This document shows, piece by piece, positions 50,458 to 60,179 of a stretch of 64,000 nt of DNA. The notes below the pieces were generated by a model. That model searched no databases. It was not told the DNA's origin and saw nothing but the letters and a program-made list of their open reading frames with translations. Position 1 is the first letter of the stretch, and each line of letters starts with the position of its first letter. Location of the stretch: assembly GCA_041671325.1 (NCBI GenBank), contig JBAZBR010000003.1, positions 4,506 through 68,505 of the forward strand, given 5' to 3'. The translations under genes were made by a program, and so were the position numbers. The stretch comes from Patescibacteria group bacterium (GTDB lineage Bacteria > Patescibacteriota > Patescibacteriia > PEXW01).

Positions 50458-51219
50458 GTGACAGATATGGAAATCTTTAAACAATTACAAAATCTTGGCT
50501 TCAGCTTGAATAAAGCTAAAACCTACCTAGCCTGCCTTGAATTGGGGTCAGCGCCGGCTTCGGTAATTGCCCAAAAAGCCGGGCTGGAGCGCACCACCAC
50601 ATACAAACTCCTGGAAGAACTGGCTTCTGAGCAACTGATTGACGAGGATGTGGCCACCAAAGTCAAAACCTACGTCACCCGCTCGCCAAAAGAATTACTC
50701 CAACATCTGCAGGAAAAGCAAAAAACAGCCGACAGCTTAATTCCTATCTTACTTGAACAGGTTCACAAATCCACGCCTCCGCCCCGCATCAGGTTTTATT
50801 CCGGCCTCCGGGGGATCAAACAAGTTTTCGAGGATGCACTGACTGTTGAAAAAAAGGTGGTATATACGTTCTCCCCCATTCAGAGCATTCTTGACCATTT
50901 CGGCCCGACCTATTCACGGCATTACCTGGCTCAGCGAAAAAAGCTTGGCATCACTCGGCAAGCCCTTCGGCAACTGTCGGATAAAAAAGAAATCCCCGGG
51001 ACGTGGGATTTGTTCGCTTCAGACGAGCGTACTGCCAGGGAAGTGCGGTTCTTGCCGAAAGGCATTACTTTCCAAAGTTTAATCCAGATTTATGATGAAA
51101 AAATTTCCTTTATCTCTTTCAGTGAGCGCTATTACGCTTTTATCATTGAAAACCAGGAGCTAGCGGACTTCATGAAGCAAATATTCCAGCTCTTGTGGCT
51201 TGGCGCCCAAAAAACATAG
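50458..51219 (+). CDS. TrmB family transcriptional regulator
   Basis: LGFS..AKTYLACLELG...IAQKAGLERTTTY HTH; TTGACA-N17-TATACT promoter at 50412. Confidence 0.9.
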   Translation: MTDMEIFKQLQNLGFSLNKAKTYLACLELGSAPASVIAQKAGLERTTTYKLLEELASEQLIDEDVATKVKTYVTRSPKELLQHLQEKQKTADSLIPILLEQVHKSTPPPRIRFYSGLRGIKQVFEDALTVEKKVVYTFSPIQSILDHFGPTYSRHYLAQRKKLGITRQALRQLSDKKEIPGTWDLFASDERTAREVRFLPKGITFQSLIQIYDEKISFISFSERYYAFIIENQELADFMKQIFQLLWLGAQKT

Positions 51220-51292
51220 CTTGCATGTTTAATTTCAAAAAAATTGAACTTTAAATATTTATGGAAAAAGTAATTATTAACTCTTTAAATTT

Positions 51293-51610
51293 ATGAAGCA
51301 ACAAAAAATCGTTGATGAATTTATGGCTGAAAGGGGTTGGCATAAATACCATACGCCCAAAGAATTGTTATTAGGAATGGTGGAAGAAATCGGCGAGTTC
51401 CGGAATATCATCAAGTGGTCTTTGGATGAAGAAACAGTCAAGAAAAAAATTATGGAAAATCACGCTGAGGTCGAGAATTTTTTTGGGGATATGCTTTGGG
51501 AATTGTCATCCTTGGCCAATTATTGCCAAGTGGATTTGTCAGACGCCCTGGACAAAGTCATTGAAGAGCACAAGACCAGGTTTCCAGTGAAAACCAATCA
51601 GTACAAATAG
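51293..51610 (+). CDS. MazG-like dNTP pyrophosphohydrolase
   Basis: ERGW..YHTPK, EEIGE, GD. Confidence 0.85.
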   Translation: MKQQKIVDEFMAERGWHKYHTPKELLLGMVEEIGEFRNIIKWSLDEETVKKKIMENHAEVENFFGDMLWELSSLANYCQVDLSDALDKVIEEHKTRFPVKTNQYK

Positions 51611-51616
51611 TTTGAC

Positions 51617-52450
51617 TTATTTTAGTATTTGTGAAAAAAGTAATTTTAATTTGTTGAAGTTGGTCAAGTAGCTAAAGCAAGCGCAAATTTTAAAATAAAT
51701 TATCTTAAGGGGATTATATTTAGGTAATTTCAAAATTTTTGTTTCGGCTAAAAATTGTATTTTATTAAGATACCCCCTTTTTAATAACTCATTTAAAATA
51801 TCTTGAGTTTGAATTATATGAATTTGTCTAGATTTTGCATATTCAATCATACTTTTATCCTCAGTCATAATACCTAACGAAAATATATCGCTTATTGCTA
51901 AGTGGGTCTGATCTATTAGCGAAAGCGCTTTCAAATTATTTTTTGAACAATAATCAGAGAATATTGTTGAGTTAATTTTAAGGTGTTCTGAGGTATCTAC
52001 ATCAAATCTTAAACAACCGTATTTTTTCCCTTCAATCAACAAACTTTGTCCTTCATATGACGAAGAGATGCTATACATGAGATCAATAAGAAAATAGTAT
52101 CGAATTAATTCTGATTCTTTTAAAATATTAAAATTTCCAATTGGTCTATCGTTTTTAATTTCTTTTGATTCATTGTCTTCAAATTCTCCCAGTGTTACTG
52201 ATGCCGGGGTAATTGTGTTTATATATTCTTTCCAAAAATAATGAGGCATTTCATTAGACCCGAATTTTGTGATAACAATTTGATTTTTGTAAGCCTCAAA
52301 AATATATCGTAGTCTATTTTGTTTTCTAAAACGTTCAGCCAAACTATTGTCTAGAATAAAATATTCTCGCATATTAGAATAATCCCTCGGGTCATATATT
52401 TTTTCAGATTCAGGGATATCTACATGCGAATATTGAGTTTTTATAGTCAT
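51617..52450 (-). CDS. PIN-domain-like protein (AT-rich)
   Basis: FILDNS...D..LA...IMTEDK..A...I..T.DIL acidic PIN pattern. Confidence 0.55.
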   Translation of the reverse strand: MTIKTQYSHVDIPESEKIYDPRDYSNMREYFILDNSLAERFRKQNRLRYIFEAYKNQIVITKFGSNEMPHYFWKEYINTITPASVTLGEFEDNESKEIKNDRPIGNFNILKESELIRYYFLIDLMYSISSSYEGQSLLIEGKKYGCLRFDVDTSEHLKINSTIFSDYCSKNNLKALSLIDQTHLAISDIFSLGIMTEDKSMIEYAKSRQIHIIQTQDILNELLKRGYLNKIQFLAETKILKLPKYNPLKIIYFKICACFSYLTNFNKLKLLFSQILK

Positions 52451-52552
52451 CTAGAAGTATTATTTAACTAAAAATGTTTATTATATAATTTTCAATACAA
52501 AAAGCTTCTATGTTATACACGGAGAGGAAACTCACTGCCGCCCTTTGATTCC

Positions 52553-52684
52553 CTAAGGGGTCCCACGAATGTGGAGCGCACGAACGAAGTGAGGAGCACG
52601 CATTCGTGGGTGAAGCGAGCTGCGCCTGGAACCTGCAGTGGACAAGCCTGCGCGTTCACGGAAGGTGAAAGGCGCATACGCGCG
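52553..52684 (-). repeat. tRNA-trailing modular repeat, copy 4
   Basis: Minus strand CGCG...TTCACCTTCCG...CAGGTTCC...CGCTTCACCCA-hairpin-TGGGACCCC, homologous to the Ile trailer. Confidence 0.7.
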
Positions 52685-52758
52685 TGGAGCGGGTAGGGGG
52701 AATCGAACCCCCGGCAACAGCTTGGAAAGCTGTGGTATTACCATTATACGATACCCGC
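52685..52758 (-). tRNA. tRNA-Gly(UCC)
   Basis: GCGGGTA...ACAGC-TTTCCAA-GCTGT...TACCCGC-TCCA. Confidence 0.95.
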
Positions 52759-52907
52759 ATGGTCAATTTAATTTCTCTCATAAAAGACTGTAGAAGTCAA
52801 TTTTTAGAAAAAACAATCTTTATTTTTTTACCTAAAGACGTTTTTGGGTTTTTGTTAAGAAAATGCTATAATTTTTATGTTAAAAGCCAACATTTTAAAA
52901 TAAAACA

Positions 52908-54563
52908 ATGATAAAGGAGGACCAAAAAATTATCGATATCTTGCTTCGGGAAAGCTATATTACCGAAGAGGATGTTAAGAAAGCCCAAACTTACGCCAAA
53001 GACAATAATGCTTCAATGGCGGATTATTTAATTTTGGAAGATATCATCACCAAGGACCTGCTGGGCCAGGCAATTGCCGAAGCTTTTAAGGTCAGATATG
53101 CAGACTTGAATTCCTATCCTCCCAGCCGTGAACAGGTGATAGTTATTCCGGAAGAATTAGCCAAGAAGCTTCGGGTGGTTTTGTTTTCCGAAGGCAAGAA
53201 AGAAGTGATTATCAGCACCGATAATCCAGCGCAACCAGGGTTGGTAATAAAATTACAACCCATATTCCCGAAAAAGAAAGTGATCATAAATTATTCATTA
53301 ACAGAAGACATTGACCAAACTTTCGCGCATTACCGCAAGCCCTTAGGCACCCGGTTCACGGAAATAATCTCTGCCAAAAAACAAGTCGCACCAGAACTTT
53401 TAGAAGCTATTATCGGTGAAGCCCTGACTTACCGGGCTTCGGATGTGCATTTTGACCCGCAGGAAAAAGACGTGGTCATCCGTTTCCGGATTGACGGGGT
53501 TTTGCATGAGGCTGGCCGGATTCCAAAGCTTATTTTTGAGAACATCCTTAACCGGGTAAAAGTCCAAGGCCACTTGCGCATTGATGAACATTTTTCTACC
53601 CAAGACGGAGCTATGCGCTTTTTGTACAGGAATAAACCAATCGATTTGCGGATTTCCATTGCCCCAACCCTGGACGGTGAAAAAATTGTCTTAAGAATTT
53701 TGGCCGAATATGTCAAAAATTTTACCTTGACTGATTTGGGCGTCGCTTCCAAAGATTTAGGCAAAGTTTTTGAAGCCATCCAAAAGCCTTTTGGCATGAT
53801 TATTGTCACTGGCCCGACTGGCGCTGGTAAAACTACCACGCTGTATGGCGTGCTGCACATGTTGAACCGGCCAGAAGTGAATATTGCCACTATTGAAGAT
53901 CCAGTTGAGTACAAGGTTATAGGCTTAAACCAAATCCAGGTAAACGAGCTTACCAATTTAACTTTTGCCAAAGGCTTGCGCTCAATCGCCAGGCAAGACC
54001 CAGACATCATTATGGTTGGCGAAATCCGCGACCGGGAAACCGCGGAAATCAGCGTCAATGCCGCCCTGACTGGCCACCTCTTATTATCGACCTTTCACGC
54101 TAATGACGCAGCCACGGCCATTCCCCGCTTGATTGAAATGGGTATTGAGCCGTTTTTACTGGCTTCAACCTTGGAACTATTAGTTGCCCAAAGATTAGCC
54201 AGAAAACTTTGCGAAAATTGCCGTTATAGCATTACCTATCCTAGGCGAGATTTAGACAAACTTTTGCCAAATTCAGAATTTTGGTTACCAGGCAAAAGCG
54301 CCACGCTTTACCGATCCAAGGGCTGTAAGAATTGCAGCGGCACTGGCTACAAAGGTCGGGTCGGTATATTTGAATTCATCACCATAAACCGGAATTTGAA
54401 GAATTTAATCAACCAAAGGCCCAATAGTCAGGAAGTTTGGGCAATTGCCAAACAAAATGGCGCAAAAAGTTTATTTGAAGATGGCATGGAGAAAGTAAAA
54501 AGCGGCGCGACTTCTTTAGAGGAACTGCTTCGAGTGGCCACCCCACCAGAGGTAAATAAATAA
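52908..54563 (+). CDS. pilB: type IV pilus/T2SS assembly ATPase (PilB/GspE)
   Basis: ASDVH, RFRIDG, GPTGAGKTT, EDPVEY, RQDPD, TGHL, CxxC pairs. Confidence 0.93.
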   Translation: MIKEDQKIIDILLRESYITEEDVKKAQTYAKDNNASMADYLILEDIITKDLLGQAIAEAFKVRYADLNSYPPSREQVIVIPEELAKKLRVVLFSEGKKEVIISTDNPAQPGLVIKLQPIFPKKKVIINYSLTEDIDQTFAHYRKPLGTRFTEIISAKKQVAPELLEAIIGEALTYRASDVHFDPQEKDVVIRFRIDGVLHEAGRIPKLIFENILNRVKVQGHLRIDEHFSTQDGAMRFLYRNKPIDLRISIAPTLDGEKIVLRILAEYVKNFTLTDLGVASKDLGKVFEAIQKPFGMIIVTGPTGAGKTTTLYGVLHMLNRPEVNIATIEDPVEYKVIGLNQIQVNELTNLTFAKGLRSIARQDPDIIMVGEIRDRETAEISVNAALTGHLLLSTFHANDAATAIPRLIEMGIEPFLLASTLELLVAQRLARKLCENCRYSITYPRRDLDKLLPNSEFWLPGKSATLYRSKGCKNCSGTGYKGRVGIFEFITINRNLKNLINQRPNSQEVWAIAKQNGAKSLFEDGMEKVKSGATSLEELLRVATPPEVNK

Positions 54564-54568
54564 TTTCC

Positions 54569-55678
54569 ATGGCGACAACCAAAACTAAAAAACCTGATCC
54601 AAGCGAAAAGCGGAACCTTTTTGGCTTAGGTTTTTCTAAAGACCGGGAATATGTTTTGGAAAACTTGGCTATGCTTCTAAGCGCAGGCATGGATGTCTTG
54701 TCAGCTCTTGATTCCTTAAAGCATGAGATTGGTTCAAGTAAGATGAAAAAAATCCTGGCCGAATTGGAATTTAAAATTTCCGATGGCTCGGCTCTGTGGC
54801 GCGCATTAGAACCAAGCAAACTATTGCCCAGTTACATGTTATCCTTAGTCAGGACCGGCGAAGAAAGCGGGCGTTTAACGGAAAATCTAAAAGTCTTGGT
54901 CAACCAACAAGTTAAAGATCGGGAATTCAAGTCCAAATTGAAATCAGCCATGGTTTATCCGGGTATTGTTTTTGGTTTGACCGTGGTTATAGGTTTGGGC
55001 GTGGCCTGGTTTATTTTGCCAAAACTTTCCGTGGTGTTTGCTTCCTTAAACCAAACTATGCCCTGGATCACCAAGGTCTTTATAAATTTTGGTTCGACTT
55101 TAAAGACCAACGGCGTGTTTATCGTTCCCGCGATAATTATCCTGCTTGTCTTTTTGGTTTACATTTTGTTCATTAATTACAAGACCAAACACTTGGGACA
55201 AGAAGTTTTTTTCCATTTCCCGGGCATCAGGCGCTTAATCCAAGAAGTAGAAATTTCCAGGTTCGGCTTTATTTTAGGAACTTTGTTAGATTCTGGTATC
55301 CCAGTTATTGAATCGATTAATTCTTTGCGGCAAGCCACAACTTTGGTCGCCTACCAAAAATTCTATGAGCATATTAAGCACAATATAGAGCAGGGTAATT
55401 CTTTTAAAACCAGCTTTGAAACTTTTAAAGGTAGCCGCCGGCTATTACCCTCGCCTTACCAACAATTAATCGTCAGCGGTGAAAAGTCTGGTCGGCTGTC
55501 AGAATCTCTCCAGTACATTGGCAAAATTTTTGATAATAAAATTGAAAACAGTAGTAAAAATATAGCCGTGATTTTGGAGCCTGTCCTCTTAGTCATTGTT
55601 TGGTTAGGGGTCGTAGCCGTAGCTGTGGCCGTCATTTTGCCAATTTATAACATGCTGGGAAATTTCAACACTACTTAA
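54569..55678 (+). CDS. pilC: type IV pilus platform protein (PilC/GspF)
   Basis: GEESG, SAMVYP, GEKSG, LEP. Confidence 0.92.
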   Translation: MATTKTKKPDPSEKRNLFGLGFSKDREYVLENLAMLLSAGMDVLSALDSLKHEIGSSKMKKILAELEFKISDGSALWRALEPSKLLPSYMLSLVRTGEESGRLTENLKVLVNQQVKDREFKSKLKSAMVYPGIVFGLTVVIGLGVAWFILPKLSVVFASLNQTMPWITKVFINFGSTLKTNGVFIVPAIIILLVFLVYILFINYKTKHLGQEVFFHFPGIRRLIQEVEISRFGFILGTLLDSGIPVIESINSLRQATTLVAYQKFYEHIKHNIEQGNSFKTSFETFKGSRRLLPSPYQQLIVSGEKSGRLSESLQYIGKIFDNKIENSSKNIAVILEPVLLVIVWLGVVAVAVAVILPIYNMLGNFNTT

Positions 55679-55723
55679 AAAATGGCTGAAAAAAAATTTT
55701 AAAAAAATCGACCAAAGGCTTTA

Positions 55724-55828
55724 CCCCGTTCCACTTTTCACAAAAATATTTCAAATTCAATAATGATCGGCGAACGAAAAAAAACCAATAATCATCAGAA
55801 TAGACCTTTTTTGAAAAGTGGAACGGGG
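55724..55828. mobile_element. 105-bp MITE-like element in the prepilin GFT codons
   Basis: Perfect IR ACCCCGTTCCACTTTTCA/TGAAAAGTGGAACGGGGT; TTTA on both sides of the CCCCG...CGGGG core. Confidence 0.8.
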
Positions 55829-56248
55829 TTTACGCTATTAGAGGTATTGTTATCAATCGCCATAATCGGGGTTTTAGCCGCTACTGGCGTGCCAATTTAC
55901 CAGTCTTTGCAAAACCGGAATGATTTAGATATTGCTGCCACCAGTTTGGCTCAAGCTTTAAGGCGAGCGCAAACTTTGTCCCAAGCCGTAGACGGTGACA
56001 GCAATTGGGGCGTTAGTATCCAAGCCGGAAACATAATTTTATTCCAAGGGATTTCTTACGCTACCCGGAATTCTAATTTTGATGAAACCACCTCGATTTC
56101 CCCGACCATAAATTTAAGCGGTTTTAATGAAGTAGTTTTTAGCAAATTTTCAGGCTTGCCCATTTCTATTGGGAGCTTGACCTTAACTTCCTTGAATAAT
56201 GAAACCAGGACGCTCAGTATCAACACTAAAGGCACGGTCATTTATTAA
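55763..56248 (+). CDS. minor pilin (FimT/GspH-like)
   Basis: GFTLLEVL prepilin motif. Confidence 0.88.
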   Translation: MIGERKKTNNHQNRPFLKSGTGFTLLEVLLSIAIIGVLAATGVPIYQSLQNRNDLDIAATSLAQALRRAQTLSQAVDGDSNWGVSIQAGNIILFQGISYATRNSNFDETTSISPTINLSGFNEVVFSKFSGLPISIGSLTLTSLNNETRTLSINTKGTVIY

Positions 56249-57968
56249 AAAGGGTTTTTCCTTGGTTGAGATAATTTTGGCCGCCTCTATTTTTGCGCTT
56301 TTAGTCACAGTTTTTGTGGGCGCTTTTATTTTTGCCAGGGAAAGTACGGCTTTAGCCGGATCACGCGCTCGGGCGGTCTTAATTGCTGAAGAAGGTTTGG
56401 AAGCTACCCGGAATATCCGAGATGGTGATTTCGCAAGCTTAACTGATGGCAACCATGGTTTGGATAATTCTTCAAATAATTGGAATTTTAACAGCACCTC
56501 GGATGTCAGCGATGTTTTTACCCGCCAAATTGCCATTTCAACCATTGATGCTAACACTAAACAAGTCGTGGCTAATGTCACTTGGCAGCAAAACGCGCAG
56601 AGAACTGGTTCAGTAGCATTGACTACGCGTCTGACCAATTGGTTGTCAGCAGTAAGTACGCTGACTGGCGGCCTACTTTTTTATGGTGATGGTACAACCA
56701 CGCCAAAATATAGGGCTTATGATAGTTCCGCAAATACCTTTGGCACTGAAACAGGATCTGCAATTTCAGCTTCTGGCCAAACCTTTGTTATGCGCGTGTC
56801 ACCCACCAAAACCGAAGCCATTGCCGGCTATGTCACCTCAACTGGGGTGTTGAATGTCATGTGCTTTAATGGTTTAACCTGGAGCCAAGAATGGACAGCC
56901 AACGTTGGCGGCACTGGCACCACCCGTCGGTTTGATATTGCTTACGAAACTACGACAGGTGATGTTATGGTTTTATACAGTACTAACACTGCAACAACAA
57001 ATGAGCTGGCTTATCGAAGTAAGCCCGGAAATGCTGGCTGTCGAACTGCATGGTCAGGTCCTACTAACTTGGATCCAATTAGGACCTCTGGAATTGTCCA
57101 ATGGGTAAAAATGGCCTGGGACAGGCGGGCAGGTCAAAATTTAATCACTGCCATTTGGGCCGATGCCAACTCTGACTTATCAGCCATGGTTTGGAGCGGC
57201 TCAGCCTGGGGAAATGAACCAAGCACAGCCATGACAACAACTTTGGAGGTCATTGCCACTGCTCAAGACGTTGAGGATTTTGATGTGGAATATGAATCTT
57301 TATCTGGTGACCTAATGGTGGTTTGGTCAAATGTTGGTGGGGCTAATGTCAATACCGTTCGCTATCGTATTTGCACCGGCGGATTACCGGCGTGTACTTG
57401 GAGTGCCATAACTACGCCGCCAACCTTTCGCGACGATGCAACCAACTTGGATATTTCTGTCAATCCCAATACTGATGAAATTGTTTTTGCTTCCATTGGC
57501 AATGCCCAAAGCGATTTGCAATTGGGTTATTGGAGTGGTTCAGCTTGGACTAACACAGCCAATACTGATACTTCTTGTAACACGCCGATTACCGGATCCA
57601 AATTGGTTTCCACTGGCTGGCTGATTTCCGGCGCTACTACTCGTTCAGTGGTGGTTTACCAAGACCAAGGTTCAAATAACGTTGATTGGTATGTGGGCAA
57701 TGCCGGAACCTTCACTAAACAAACCGATGCTGCGGTTTCGCCAAGCCCGGCTAACCCAAAGGGCTATTTGGATATTCAAATGAATCCTTTAAGTGAAGAC
57801 CAGCTAATGTATGTAATTTCGGATAATGCTAATGACCTCTTTGCCAAGCGATTGGCCATGACTGCGGTTCCAGCCTTTACTTGGACAAACTCTGATGGTA
57901 CTGCCTTAGAAACTACTTTGCCGCAAAAAATTAATAGCCCATTCGCCTTTGCTTATTGGAGACAATAA
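56199..57968 (+). CDS. large minor pilin with C-terminal beta-propeller-like adhesin domain
   Basis: GFSLVEII, AEEGLEATR, W/T/S/G-rich repeats. Confidence 0.85.
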   Translation: MKPGRSVSTLKARSFIKKGFSLVEIILAASIFALLVTVFVGAFIFARESTALAGSRARAVLIAEEGLEATRNIRDGDFASLTDGNHGLDNSSNNWNFNSTSDVSDVFTRQIAISTIDANTKQVVANVTWQQNAQRTGSVALTTRLTNWLSAVSTLTGGLLFYGDGTTTPKYRAYDSSANTFGTETGSAISASGQTFVMRVSPTKTEAIAGYVTSTGVLNVMCFNGLTWSQEWTANVGGTGTTRRFDIAYETTTGDVMVLYSTNTATTNELAYRSKPGNAGCRTAWSGPTNLDPIRTSGIVQWVKMAWDRRAGQNLITAIWADANSDLSAMVWSGSAWGNEPSTAMTTTLEVIATAQDVEDFDVEYESLSGDLMVVWSNVGGANVNTVRYRICTGGLPACTWSAITTPPTFRDDATNLDISVNPNTDEIVFASIGNAQSDLQLGYWSGSAWTNTANTDTSCNTPITGSKLVSTGWLISGATTRSVVVYQDQGSNNVDWYVGNAGTFTKQTDAAVSPSPANPKGYLDIQMNPLSEDQLMYVISDNANDLFAKRLAMTAVPAFTWTNSDGTALETTLPQKINSPFAFAYWRQ

Positions 57969-57975
57969 TAAAGTT

Positions 57976-58500
57976 ATGAGAATTATTTCAAGGAAAAAAT
58001 CAGGATTTACCCTAATTGAATTACTTTTGTATATTTCCATGATTTCAGTGGTGGTTTTTATTATTTCTAGTTTTATGTTCTTAATCCTGCAAGCCAGGAT
58101 CAAAAACCAGACGATTGCCGAAGTTGAGCAACAAGGTTCACAAGTTATGCAAATAATTACCCAAACCATCAGGAATGCTACGGGCATCACCGCGCCCAGC
58201 GCTATAGGCATAGAAGCTACAGGCGCTACCCTAACCGTACCAACCCCGGCTAACAGTCCCACGATTTTCAGCCGTGACAATTCAACCCAGCAAATCATAA
58301 TGAAAGAGGGTTCAGCGGCTGCTGTCGCTTTGACCAATACGCGGGTGACAGTGAATGGTTTGACCTTTTTGAATAATTCCCGAAGTTCGACTTCCAGGAT
58401 TCTCCAAGTTAGCATTACTCTGTCCGCGGTCAACCCCAATAACCGGAATGAGTATGAATATTCCAAAACCTTTATTTCTTCCGCGCAATTAAGACCTTAA
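57976..58500 (+). CDS. minor pilin (PilW-like)
   Basis: GFTLIELLLY. Confidence 0.88.
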   Translation: MRIISRKKSGFTLIELLLYISMISVVVFIISSFMFLILQARIKNQTIAEVEQQGSQVMQIITQTIRNATGITAPSAIGIEATGATLTVPTPANSPTIFSRDNSTQQIIMKEGSAAAVALTNTRVTVNGLTFLNNSRSSTSRILQVSITLSAVNPNNRNEYEYSKTFISSAQLRP

Positions 58501-58503
58501 ACC

Positions 58504-58911
58504 ATGTATCGATTGGACAAAAAAAATCAGACCCCCGGATATATAGCCTTAATTAGCATTTTAATTCTGGGTGCAGTTGGCGTGGCCGTGGCAGTGTCTG
58601 TGCTATTAATGGGTTTAAATAATTCAAAAACCAGTTTTGCGGTTGAACAATCAAACCAGAGCAAAGCCCTGGCTAATGCTTGTGCTGAAACTGCTTTGCA
58701 ACAGATTAAAAATTTGAATTCCTACTCTGGCACGGGCAATTTAAGCACAAGTCAGGGTAATTGCGCTTACACGGTTACTAATACTGGGGGCCAAAACCGG
58801 ACGGTTACAGCTTCTGGTACGGTGGGAACAATAATCAGGAAAATATCAATCAGCATTTCTGCAATTACTCCCACAATAGCCATTTCTTCTTGGCAAGAAG
58901 TGGCAAATTAG
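58504..58911 (+). CDS. PilX-like minor pilin
   Basis: GYIALIS without E5, ACAE, SWQE end. Confidence 0.8.
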   Translation: MYRLDKKNQTPGYIALISILILGAVGVAVAVSVLLMGLNNSKTSFAVEQSNQSKALANACAETALQQIKNLNSYSGTGNLSTSQGNCAYTVTNTGGQNRTVTASGTVGTIIRKISISISAITPTIAISSWQEVAN

Positions 58912-58974
58912 CCGTTAATATGTTATAGTGCATTTAAACTTTACCAAATTTATTCATTAATATAAGTAAAAAAT

Positions 58975-59430
58975 ATGAAACACAAAAACCATAAAGGCTT
59001 TACCCTCCTGGAAATTCTCTTGGTCGTGGCTGCCATTGGCATCTTGGCCGGCATCGTGATTCTGGCTTTGAACCCAAACAAACAGCTGGGCGATACCCGC
59101 AATGCCCAAAGAAGATCAGACGTGACGACGGTTTTAAACGCAGTTTACCAATATTCCATTGATAATAACGGGACTATCCCTGCTGACATAGCTATAACAG
59201 CCAAGGAGATTTGTAATACCGGGATTTCCGCCGCAGATTGTACTTTAGCCGGCCTGGCTTATCTTGGAGACCTGACTTTAAACGAAAAATATCTAACAGC
59301 AATCCCAAAAGATCCTACAACTGCTACCACTAATAGTGCAAAATATACTATTTTAAAAACGGCAAATAACCGTATAACCGTGGCTGCGCCAAGCGCTGAA
59401 CAGAGTGCAACTATTAGTGTTACCCGTTAA
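58975..59430 (+). CDS. major type IV pilin 1
   Basis: GFTLLEILLVV...RNAQRRSD. Confidence 0.92.
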   Translation: MKHKNHKGFTLLEILLVVAAIGILAGIVILALNPNKQLGDTRNAQRRSDVTTVLNAVYQYSIDNNGTIPADIAITAKEICNTGISAADCTLAGLAYLGDLTLNEKYLTAIPKDPTTATTNSAKYTILKTANNRITVAAPSAEQSATISVTR

Positions 59431-59441
59431 CTAAATTATTT

Positions 59442-59900
59442 ATGAATAACAAAAAAGGTTTTACCCTCTTAGAAATCTTACTGGTCGTGGCTGCCATTGG
59501 CATCTTGGCCGGCATCGTGATTCTGGCTTTGAACCCAAACAAACAGCTGGGCGATACCCGCAATGCCCAAAGAAGATCAGACGTGACGACGATTCTAAAT
59601 GGGGTATACCAGTATGCTATAGACAATAATGGCAACCTGCCAACAATTTCTACTAATGCAACTTGCAGCGCTACTGCCGCTTACCAAATCTGCAAAGCCA
59701 CACCCGCTGGTACCTGCGCAACAGGCGTGGATTTGACCGTATTAACTGCCAACCAAAAATATTTATCAGCCATGCCAGTTGACCCGACAGTTTCATCGGC
59801 GGACGGTACTGGGTATTATATCGTGAAAAGTACCAACGGCCGAATTACAGTGTGTGCGCCCAGCGCCGAACAGAGCGCCAGTATTAGCGTAACCCGATAA
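59442..59900 (+). CDS. major type IV pilin 2
   Basis: Paralogue of the preceding gene. Confidence 0.92.
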   Translation: MNNKKGFTLLEILLVVAAIGILAGIVILALNPNKQLGDTRNAQRRSDVTTILNGVYQYAIDNNGNLPTISTNATCSATAAYQICKATPAGTCATGVDLTVLTANQKYLSAMPVDPTVSSADGTGYYIVKSTNGRITVCAPSAEQSASISVTR

Positions 59901-59948
59901 TTTAAATTAAATTTTATAAAAAACCGGAGCCTGAAAAAGCCCTGGTTT

Positions 59949-60179
59949 TTAGTTGGAAATTCTAATTATCTTCTTGGTTTTATGCTGCCCAGAAACCAGC
60001 TGGATTCTTTTGCATCCTATTTCTTCCTTGACTAGCTTAAATACTTCTTGGTTCGCTTGGTTATGCTTGGCCGAAGTTGAAACCATGACCAAATAACCAT
60101 CCTTAGTTTTTTGGATGGATGATTTTTTTGAATTAGGAATTACCTGCAGTTTGATTAATTTACTTGCAGTATTTGGCAT
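59949..60179 (-). CDS. DUF167 (YggU) family protein
   Basis: VIPNSKK...AN...LVSG..K.K.I. Confidence 0.75.
   Translation of the reverse strand: MPNTASKLIKLQVIPNSKKSSIQKTKDGYLVMVSTSAKHNQANQEVFKLVKEEIGCKRIQLVSGQHKTKKIIRISN

Noticed and set aside
58975-59900. Diversity-generating retroelement acting on the pilins
   Set aside because: No reverse transcriptase, and the shared block is identical rather than differing at adenines
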